DNA of 64,000 nucleotides from an uncultured virus (IMG/VR IMGVR_UViG_3300027797_000014) (Duplodnaviria > Heunggongvirae > Uroviricota > Caudoviricetes): IMG/VR virus record IMGVR_UViG_3300027797_000014; one strand, 5' to 3'. The position numbers were made by a program, and so were the translations under genes. Within the stretch, counting starts at the first letter, position 1. Every line of letters starts with the position of its first letter. Positions 11,001 through 17,682 of this stretch are shown one piece after another. A model generated the notes under the pieces. It saw only the letters and a list, made by a program, of their open reading frames with translations, did no database searches and was not told the origin of the DNA.

Positions 11001-11195
11001 GCAATATGGGAAACACAACCAAATGGATATATCAAAGTTTTAAATACTATAAACTTAAATTATAATAAAGCTCCATTACAACACAAGAAGTTTAGACATT
11101 ACTATACCAATGTTATTTTAAGAAGGGTTAAATCAGAAAATAGAAAGATGTTATTGAGATTGAATAACACTAAATTACTTTTATCAATGAGATAA
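5073..11195 (+). CDS. Tail muzzle / tail stabilization protein (crAss-like) with vWA insertion
   Basis: 2040 aa. N-terminal FIKGMNKD...GNEPSN, internal PIRHHKFP and WTVSYDPKAKAWISFHDWHP, C-terminal KKFRHYY...L fit the beta-propeller-rich muzzle family. DTSGS MIDAS motif at 9669-9683. Confidence 0.7.
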   Translation: MAQQNENPGTSSVNTNSFIKGMNKDITQAMEPKESWWHARNAMNNSTDGDLGVIGNEPSNLQCGVIPYTIIGAIHRYADQWIIYSTDDINSEIGLFDDSECKYEVIVNDPCLNFNRKYLIVGAAKENFDCTWQVYWDDGNNPSRSLNINKVPWIQTVSSAPGDPCVTFADTKQLNCEKIRLAPLVDTPCITLSKSIDGGMLQNGAYQAFVAYTENEQKVTDYIGISNVQTLWSHAGTGGSLNLKLSNLDKDYDYYELVLLVRNQGQIYAKRIGLYSTQQQDINIDYIDDTLVAVSLKTIPQRSPAYEKSNAMYVVNDWLIRQGPVSQFDFNYQPIANDIKVNWVANQIDASYYHLGGNKLGFLRDEQYAFFIRWIYNTGERSSSYHIPGRAPRPFTTPSGTYLETDIIYGANVLDTAGDPLYKVYNTGTITSSGLNEVQPDGSLVIARGEMGYWESTERYPSNRPDIWGDLCGKPIRHHKFPTEEVGGANSPLHISTTNGDLINVLGVEFKNIGRPKYNDGTYIPNVVGYEILRGSRAGAKSILAKGLFRNMRKYTIPNAENLIGGNVQGLYPNYPYNDLRPDVYFHDGAANSIHRTNGCNSFTESIISFKPLGSAPAIAGDPSGYSKKVFTFSSPDLMFTKPFLNAYETRLYGYLSGNQSGAFKASEDHPQFKLLRNGSAIIASIVGLGYAIAQIQGERGSTRSSGTSGGWMADDFVLAFGSGASTGVVGVVGAGPNFLSNSGGAAINAGIIATLSNLYESGDNALAFLDLWDGGLGIELAGQAFSTASNTVGIAPAGISGEYVITNTQNTPLSQLPIAITAFVTFFTSAANIAIGGNEIIELIYNLVNKSDFVFKYNSAGFFNQFTKINTGLFRIKNTDSNYLGQSFQSFDGGKYKINNLFRPSTVAVSLTDAIAEPSVVDTSRFTIGGMVNADGTTTEFSDEYLTNPTAKQKTSISAYYGALKFNFDNQYGQLDGIKQVQMRGCVEYLDPTKPDAFKYSSSAIFSGDIFITRYTEKVIMPIFAQYLLGQPDEFTYDYSQHTNIPYPRFWLNSQKFDMTKLGRRIASFGINFNENELDALLPNDLFYLDRGNDSCANIIATIIGESDPNPMFAMRYAYMYCHSNGILDFFVESEVNLANRDWEDRADARIYDVYDYNDLDELFHAQIEKKDNFYKYDESLSPSKFVTQLGSFGEIQARYYDPYTAENCYVSYPKRLIYSLQAQKESKKDFWRVFLPFNYQDFKNKVSVIKPINKNGALIFFPYLSPQMFQGIDELRTQLDTKLTIGDGGLFSQPFQNVVNSDLSNEYGSCESLRSVMNTPVGLFFISQAQGKIFHFTGQTLDPISNAGMKWWFNKYLPSQLVKQYPQLEFSPLSDNPVVGVGCQTIYDPNDDIVYFMKKDYRVKAEYIASITYTENRGFALLGNPITLGDPIFFEDCSWTVSYDPKAKAWISFHDWHPEFALPSINHFFTTKTMVTTIPQCPPGYIYNASNGLCEQSINISERAIITVDQVNSTITGGPEDCLVDIIVAMDTSGSTDSEGRKEAQLAWLDAFLKDSNITAPMAAGKMQIGFTSWSSGNINYNIPNPLGGTWSMSNTVTPSQVAAWYNSNWQSGGTNVYLGMSSGQTRLNAKSTSKLGDRSAQPSFRQILILVTDTTSNPGNIGCPFQGTGVSPSSTGPANQLVYALYCGATSAVPTNPAVLTNISCTPGPVNVDGYQFGINAAVPATFTAVAAAIAGSVCSIPFVCTCPTGYTKVFYDLLTATYSSPTGICDDIKPPICRKVTCTCPVSPVGTTTTTTGNCDDVYLVGNPTYANPNPQICNFYKYESTPANFKVGSFWKHNVRCDSFANFYGTDYPWEVELVSNTGQMVNTVRSMEYQLENYVYKGDMGFACNDDRWEDLDFNFDQSIIYNNEQVSGLLLLTPTPYNNPILELSYPIINLNSMNILCSKVEQKYRFNQFYDITNDRGEFTNAEQAIWETQPNGYIKVLNTINLNYNKAPLQHKKFRHYYTNVILRRVKSENRKMLLRLNNTKLLLSMR

Positions 11196-14100
11196 TGAAT
11201 AAGAAAATACAACATAAAGAACTAAGAGGTTTACCCGGTGGTCCAAATGAAATGCCTGTTTATGTTACAGGAGTATTTTCTACAGAAGGATTTAGGATAG
11301 ACAGCCCAGATGTTAATAATTATGAAAACATTATTCCATCTGGATCTATTACTATGAAAGAAAGAGATGGTAGTCCTTTAAGAAAGGGACCAATTCATGG
11401 TATAGATAATTTGGGTAATGAACAGGTAATGTATCCTGGATATGATTATGAATTTCCAGGAACAGAAGTAAAAGAAACATTACTTGCTAAAATGGGTGGT
11501 GGCTTATTAGATAAAACTATTAAGTGTGGTAACTGTGGTTGGGAATGGAAAGCTGCTGATGGTGGTTCTGATATTTATAATTGTCATAAGTGTCCTGGTA
11601 AAGGTGTAGTAAAAGCACAACCAGGTTATGAAGTTCCTAAAATGTATCCTGCACCAAGTCTAGAACTTCAGAAAAAAATACAAAGTTTTGTAGCACAAGA
11701 AGATGCTAAAAAGAAAGCTATAATAAAAGAACAAGAGGAATTAAAGAAGCAAGTTAAAGATAAACCTGTAATTGCAACTCTAAAGCCTAATTATAACAAT
11801 GCATTTAATACTGATATTTCAGGACCATATGGTAATGGATATACTCAGGAACAACAAAGGTATTTTGAAAGTAAAAATATTCCCCCTCATTTGTGGGATT
11901 CGTCAGAAGAAAAAAAACAATGGGATGCAGAAAAGAAAAGATTAGCGGAAGAAGCAATAGTACAAAGAAGAAAGGATGTTCAACAACAAGCCATTAAAGA
12001 TCTTAATGCTGGAAATTTTACAACAGCAAGAGCTGAAAATCTTGGTAATGCTTTTAGATTATTTCCAGAAGATGCAGATAGTTTTATTGATAATTATATA
12101 AACCCTTTCCAAATGGTGGGAAGTATGGCTGGCAACTTAGGTAGACATTTTGCAAGTGATGCTGGTCCATTAGATTTAAAAGCTCTTGCATTAGATGTAG
12201 CTGCTCCATTAGCTGTTGGTGCAATTGGAGGATTGGGAGCTAAATCAACAGGTAAATTTGCAAATAACATTCTTAATCCATTAGCTGGAACAGGAAGATA
12301 TTTAACAACAAAAACTCCTTTAAAAAATGCTTATAAGTTAAATCCTTTGGCAGCAAAAGAAAAGGATGTGGATATGTTATGGAGATGGGAAGCTGATCAA
12401 ATACCTGCAGCTTTACTTGCAAAAAATGCAGTACCTTCAAAATATACTGGTAGATGGTTTCAAAAAGGAGAACCTCATGAGATTATAGATTATCTTAGAT
12501 CAAGACCTGGACCCGGAACATTAAAAGGACTTGCTTTACCTAAAGGTGTAGCAACTTTACCATCAGATGCAGCAAAATTTACTGGTTCTGAGTCATTAAA
12601 AAATATTGAAAGAATTGTTCCTTCAGACGCTTTAAAAAATACAACAGATTTTAGATTAGAAAATAATCCTTTTAGTGAAATAGATAATCCCAATTTTCTT
12701 GAAGATTTTAAATATTTAAATCCATTATTTAATAATGCTAAAATTAAACCAAATTGGTTAGATGGGTATGCTACAAAAAAATTAAATGTAGGAGATATAG
12801 CAAACAACTTAGGTGGTAAGTATTTACCAAATGCATATAAATTTAATCCTTTTGCATTTAAACCTAAGAGTGACGCATATTATAGACAAATTGGAGAACC
12901 CGGTTATTTGAATGCAATACAAGAAGGTAAAGTTTTATCAAAAGGTCAAAAAGAATTTTTAGCAAATAATCCTGAATTTAATTATTGGGATGAATATAAT
13001 GAGTATATTGATTATGCTAATAGAAATGGAGGACTATATCTTAGAAAGCCAACAACTGCACCATTTTTTCAAAAAGGAGAATTATTTTTTCCACCATCTA
13101 ATAAGACAGGATTTGGAAGAGGTAAAACAGCACAGTCAGACGTAAAGTATTTACTTGAAGGAAAATTACCGGATCAAGCAATAATACCAAGATATAGAGA
13201 TCAACCATTAAGTAAAGAAGTATTTTATGGTCCAAATGGTGGTACAGGAGTTTTAGATTCTAGATATAGTGATTTATCAAATTTTGAAATATATCAACAG
13301 GATTGGTTAAGAGGATACAAAAAAAAACAAGATGGTGGAGAACAAGAGTTTGTTAGACCTCCTGACTTACCTATATTGCCTAGTGATGCTGGTACTTTTA
13401 ATAACTGGCTTTATGAAAAAGCAGATAAAAGACAGAAGCGTTTACAGGCAGAGTTTGATGTTAAAGATGCAGCAGATAAAGAAGGACGTTACATTAATAA
13501 GGCTAAGTATTTTGATTTGCTTACTACAGAGTTCTATGGACCTGATAGACCTTATGAAGAACTAACTGAGGATGAACAAACAAACATTAACAATATTCAT
13601 AAAAATAGAAAAGCTAGTATACAAAATATTAATTTAGTATCCTCTGACTTATCTAAATATGGTATCAAGGCAGGATATGATCCTAACTTACATACAATGT
13701 ATGTTCCTGAAGTTCCTACAGATAGAGGTGTACTTTCTCATGAGTTTTCTCATATGGGTGATCAAGCAATATTTGAAGAAGGTGTTAATCCTGGAGTAGG
13801 TACATACTTTACAGAACAACTTACCAATTCTATTTATCCAAAACAAAGCCCTGATTTCTTAAATCAACCTTCTAGTCTTAAGAAAAATAAGACTGTAGGA
13901 GAGAACATAGAAGAGGGTTTTAATGAAGCAGACTATTTACAAGATCCTTCTGAAGTAAAGGCAAGACTTCGTGCATTAAGAGATTCTTCAATTCAACAAG
14001 GATACAAGTTACTAGAACCCGGTTATAACATTAATAAATACAAAGAAGGGTTTAATAAAGAGGAGAAGAAGCAGTATGAACAACTTAAGAAGTCTGGTTT

Positions 14101-15175
14101 ATCTGATGATAAAATAAATGAGATGATGTACTTGTTTGCTAAGAATAATCAAACACAACCCACAATGGGAAAGAACGGTGTTGAAGTTATAGCACAAAAT
14201 GGTGGAGAAGAAACTTCTTGGAGTGATTACTTAAATCCTATGAACTGGGGTGTTAGTAATAGAGATGATGCAGGTACATTTAAACAAGCGTTTAGAGCAG
14301 CACGTATTGACGGTGATTCTGATTTCTTATATCAAGGAAAAAGATATTCTACAGAGTTAAAAGCTACACCATCAGCACCCGCTAAACCAAAAGGAATAAC
14401 ACCAGAACTTTTAATAAGACAAGCCTATAGAGAATCTGCATTTAATCCTAATGCTGTTTCTCCAGCAGGTTATAAAGGTTTAGGACAAATTGGAGATGGT
14501 GTAATTAAAGATTACAAAAAGGCAAACAATATTACAGGTAGTGTTGATCCTTTTAATATGAAACAAAACTCTGAAGTTCAAAAGTATTCAATGAATGAAT
14601 TATACAATTCAAGTTTTATTAATAAACCAGGACAATCAGAACAAGTAAGATTAGCAAAAACTTTAGCTGCATATAATTGGGGTAGAACTAATGTTATTAA
14701 TTTATTGAATGATTTAAAAGAAGATGGTGTTGATATTTATAATAGTTTAGACTGGATTAGCAAATTACCAGATGAACCAAAAAAATATATTAATGATATA
14801 CTATTACAAAAAAATACTACCTTTAACACTGATTTTTCTAAGGCATTAGGTAATCAAAAGAATCTACCAATAAAACGTTTATATGGTTTTAGAGATGGTG
14901 GTGAATCAAAACCAGGGCCATTAATGCAGTCTTATAACAGACTTCCAATGGAAAAGAAAATGGGAGGTGCTATTGTTAATAAAAAACAATTTGGTGGCCA
15001 ATTAAATTCTGGTAACATTACTATGTATAAAGATTATATAAAAGGTAATATTGAAAATGAAACAGAAGCAATAAAAAACTATGATAAGTTAAATAGGATT
15101 TATTATAGTAAAGCAAAAGAACTAGGAATGAGTGCTGCAAATTACATAATGACGTATATTGTAGGCAACTCTTAA
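11195..15175 (+). CDS. Modular virion cargo protein: Zn ribbon, two ART-like cassettes, zincin (HEFSH), lytic transglycosylase
   Basis: CGNC...CHKC; VLSHEFSH at ~13730-13753; SLT motifs QAYRESAFNPNAVSPAGYKGLGQ and LAAYNWG at ~14400-14690. Confidence 0.7.
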   Translation: MNKKIQHKELRGLPGGPNEMPVYVTGVFSTEGFRIDSPDVNNYENIIPSGSITMKERDGSPLRKGPIHGIDNLGNEQVMYPGYDYEFPGTEVKETLLAKMGGGLLDKTIKCGNCGWEWKAADGGSDIYNCHKCPGKGVVKAQPGYEVPKMYPAPSLELQKKIQSFVAQEDAKKKAIIKEQEELKKQVKDKPVIATLKPNYNNAFNTDISGPYGNGYTQEQQRYFESKNIPPHLWDSSEEKKQWDAEKKRLAEEAIVQRRKDVQQQAIKDLNAGNFTTARAENLGNAFRLFPEDADSFIDNYINPFQMVGSMAGNLGRHFASDAGPLDLKALALDVAAPLAVGAIGGLGAKSTGKFANNILNPLAGTGRYLTTKTPLKNAYKLNPLAAKEKDVDMLWRWEADQIPAALLAKNAVPSKYTGRWFQKGEPHEIIDYLRSRPGPGTLKGLALPKGVATLPSDAAKFTGSESLKNIERIVPSDALKNTTDFRLENNPFSEIDNPNFLEDFKYLNPLFNNAKIKPNWLDGYATKKLNVGDIANNLGGKYLPNAYKFNPFAFKPKSDAYYRQIGEPGYLNAIQEGKVLSKGQKEFLANNPEFNYWDEYNEYIDYANRNGGLYLRKPTTAPFFQKGELFFPPSNKTGFGRGKTAQSDVKYLLEGKLPDQAIIPRYRDQPLSKEVFYGPNGGTGVLDSRYSDLSNFEIYQQDWLRGYKKKQDGGEQEFVRPPDLPILPSDAGTFNNWLYEKADKRQKRLQAEFDVKDAADKEGRYINKAKYFDLLTTEFYGPDRPYEELTEDEQTNINNIHKNRKASIQNINLVSSDLSKYGIKAGYDPNLHTMYVPEVPTDRGVLSHEFSHMGDQAIFEEGVNPGVGTYFTEQLTNSIYPKQSPDFLNQPSSLKKNKTVGENIEEGFNEADYLQDPSEVKARLRALRDSSIQQGYKLLEPGYNINKYKEGFNKEEKKQYEQLKKSGLSDDKINEMMYLFAKNNQTQPTMGKNGVEVIAQNGGEETSWSDYLNPMNWGVSNRDDAGTFKQAFRAARIDGDSDFLYQGKRYSTELKATPSAPAKPKGITPELLIRQAYRESAFNPNAVSPAGYKGLGQIGDGVIKDYKKANNITGSVDPFNMKQNSEVQKYSMNELYNSSFINKPGQSEQVRLAKTLAAYNWGRTNVINLLNDLKEDGVDIYNSLDWISKLPDEPKKYINDILLQKNTTFNTDFSKALGNQKNLPIKRLYGFRDGGESKPGPLMQSYNRLPMEKKMGGAIVNKKQFGGQLNSGNITMYKDYIKGNIENETEAIKNYDKLNRIYYSKAKELGMSAANYIMTYIVGNS

Positions 15176-15205
15176 ACTTTAAAAATTAGTAAATCTATTG
15201 ATTTA

Positions 15206-15216
15206 TTTGTATATTA
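15206..15216 (+). promoter_or_regulatory. Candidate phage promoter motif TTTGTATATTA
   Basis: Identical 11-mer in three intergenic regions, each upstream of a + strand gene. Confidence 0.5.
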
Positions 15217-15235
15217 ATAATATAATGTAAGCACC

Positions 15236-17680
15236 GTGAAAGTAAACAAAATAAGTTTAAAGCAAGAGGGAGGACAAACTGTTGAACAAGTTGAGGCACA
15301 ACCACAACAACAATCAATAGATCCCGCTGTACAACAAATTTCAGATTATATTTCTCAAGCAATTAGTCAAGGACAAAATGCTGCAGAAGTTGTTATGTCT
15401 TTAATTCAACAACAAGTTGATCAACAAACTATTGGTCAAGCTTTGATGATGAATGGTTTTGAAGAAAATGACATCATGTCTTTGTTTGAACAAATGAGTC
15501 AAGGACAAGAAGAAGTTTCTAATGAACCAGGAAGTCCTGATGATTTAAATAATAATCCTCAAGAAATTTCTAGAAATGAAAGCTTGGAAGCTGCTGAGAT
15601 GTCAGAAGAAGAAATGCAAGATCCTGGAATGGAAATGGGTAAATCAGGGATAGAAATTAAATCTGAGAATGAAGGCAAGTTTACTAGATGGGCTCAAGCA
15701 CGTGGTATGTCTGTACAAGAAGCTGCAAGTAAAGTTATGTCTAATACAGATGAGTATCCACCAGCTGTAGTTAAGATGGCAAACTTTGCTAAGAATGCTG
15801 CTGGTTGGAAAAAACAAGATGGTGGTGGAACAGATCCTATTAATAGTCAAGTTAATTCTGGAATTAATAAAAGTAATAAATTTGAAAGAGGTACAAGAAT
15901 AATAGATCAGTATGCTCCTCAATTAAATATGAAACCTGATACATCATATATGTATCAATCTGATAATGGACCTCAATTTTATTCTAGTACTAAAAAAAAT
16001 CCTGCTACAGATAAACCTTATTTTGAATATACTAATGGTAATAATACTAGTACAAACATGTCTAGTGATTCTACCAACATGTATATGAATAGAATAAAAG
16101 AGTTAGCTGGTTATCAAATGGGTGGTGTTCCTCAAGGTAAAGTAGCAGCAGTTAATAATGTATCTGCTGGTAATAAAGATATGAATTGGCAAAGTGCTCC
16201 ATTGTATATGAACCCAATGGCATTTGAATCAAATGATAATTTTAGTTTAGGTAAAGCTGCTGCTGTTATTGGTGGTGGTTATAAAGAATTTTTAAGTGGT
16301 GCAGATGAAAATAAAGATGGTATCAAAGATGGTTTCTTTAGAGATGGTAAGAAAAAAGCAGGTATAAGAGATGCAACTAAAGGTGATTATTATAATTATA
16401 AAGTTACTCAAGATGCTAATGATACAAATAAATATGTGTCAGATAATACAGATTTATTTAATGCTTCAAAAAATAAAGGTAACTTAAGAACAGTTGATCA
16501 ATATAATAAAGATGTATTAGATAACTCAAGATTTAATTATAATACGGCTACAAATAGTTATGATGGTATTCAAAGCAGTAGACCAATAGATGAAAGAATT
16601 TATAATTCAGATAATAATAAAAATGCTTTAGCGGGTAAAGATTATAATTATTTAAAGAGTATGGATAAAGCTACCAAAGATATGATTACTGGTACTAAAG
16701 ATGATCCACAAGGAACTACACTTGGTATTGATGATAAAGGTCAAGCTTCATCTTATGCACCAGGTGCAGATAATCCATATGAATATAATACTTATATGGG
16801 TATTAATAAACTGGGAGTTAATCAAAACTCAATCATACCTACTGGAAATAATGGTCAACCTACTGCCGGTATGTTTAATACACAACCTACAAATACACCT
16901 CCAAGGATTCCGCAAAAATCATTTAATGAGTGGAAAACGTATGATGCTGTAAGAAATCAAAGTAAAAGTCCAAGTGATCTTTCATCTGAATATAGTAAAT
17001 ATCTCAATGAAGACTATCTTAAAGAAGAATATAGATATGGTGGAGATCTAATGCAAGTTGGTGGTGAACCAATGTCTAAAGATGAATGGATGAATGCAAA
17101 TGGAAGAGGTTTAATGGGACAAGAATCAATTGATGAAAATGATTATCAAAAATATGCAACTTCAATAAAACCACCAGTTGCAACTCAAACACGTTTTACA
17201 CCTTCAACAAGTTTACCATCATTTGCACCTTCCAGTTCATTTTTAGGAAAAACTCCAAGTACGCCAGCTGTACCAGCTGCACCAACTTTTGAACCACCAA
17301 AAGTAGAGAGAACAAATAATATTGAAGGTGGTTTTAATAGATTTATGGATAGTCCGGGTATGCAAGGTTATACAAAATTGTCTAACTTTGCAGTGCAAGG
17401 TGCGGATCTAGTTAATGATTATTTTAGGGATAAAAGTATTAATCAAGCAAAAGAAGATAACTTTAATAAGTTAGGTGCTGATTATCAATATGCTACTGCA
17501 GAAGATCCTTTCAATAAAAGAGGACTGTGGGATATTAATACAGGAACTGCAGGAAGTGAAGGAGATAGAACAACCGGTTTATATTTGAGTAAATACGGTG
17601 GTGAAAACAATACTGTAAATGTTGATTCAAATTTATTAGCAAAATTAATTGCAGCGGGAGCTGACATTGAAATATTATAA
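15236..17680 (+). CDS. Putative internal virion (cargo) protein, low complexity, multiple xGG motifs
   Basis: GTG start; Q/E-rich N-terminus; IEIKSENEGKFTRWA...ANFAKNAAGWK module that I recognise from crAss-like virion proteins; DENKDG Ca-loop-like segment. Confidence 0.55.
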   Translation: MKVNKISLKQEGGQTVEQVEAQPQQQSIDPAVQQISDYISQAISQGQNAAEVVMSLIQQQVDQQTIGQALMMNGFEENDIMSLFEQMSQGQEEVSNEPGSPDDLNNNPQEISRNESLEAAEMSEEEMQDPGMEMGKSGIEIKSENEGKFTRWAQARGMSVQEAASKVMSNTDEYPPAVVKMANFAKNAAGWKKQDGGGTDPINSQVNSGINKSNKFERGTRIIDQYAPQLNMKPDTSYMYQSDNGPQFYSSTKKNPATDKPYFEYTNGNNTSTNMSSDSTNMYMNRIKELAGYQMGGVPQGKVAAVNNVSAGNKDMNWQSAPLYMNPMAFESNDNFSLGKAAAVIGGGYKEFLSGADENKDGIKDGFFRDGKKKAGIRDATKGDYYNYKVTQDANDTNKYVSDNTDLFNASKNKGNLRTVDQYNKDVLDNSRFNYNTATNSYDGIQSSRPIDERIYNSDNNKNALAGKDYNYLKSMDKATKDMITGTKDDPQGTTLGIDDKGQASSYAPGADNPYEYNTYMGINKLGVNQNSIIPTGNNGQPTAGMFNTQPTNTPPRIPQKSFNEWKTYDAVRNQSKSPSDLSSEYSKYLNEDYLKEEYRYGGDLMQVGGEPMSKDEWMNANGRGLMGQESIDENDYQKYATSIKPPVATQTRFTPSTSLPSFAPSSSFLGKTPSTPAVPAAPTFEPPKVERTNNIEGGFNRFMDSPGMQGYTKLSNFAVQGADLVNDYFRDKSINQAKEDNFNKLGADYQYATAEDPFNKRGLWDINTGTAGSEGDRTTGLYLSKYGGENNTVNVDSNLLAKLIAAGADIEIL

Positions 17681-17682
17681 CT

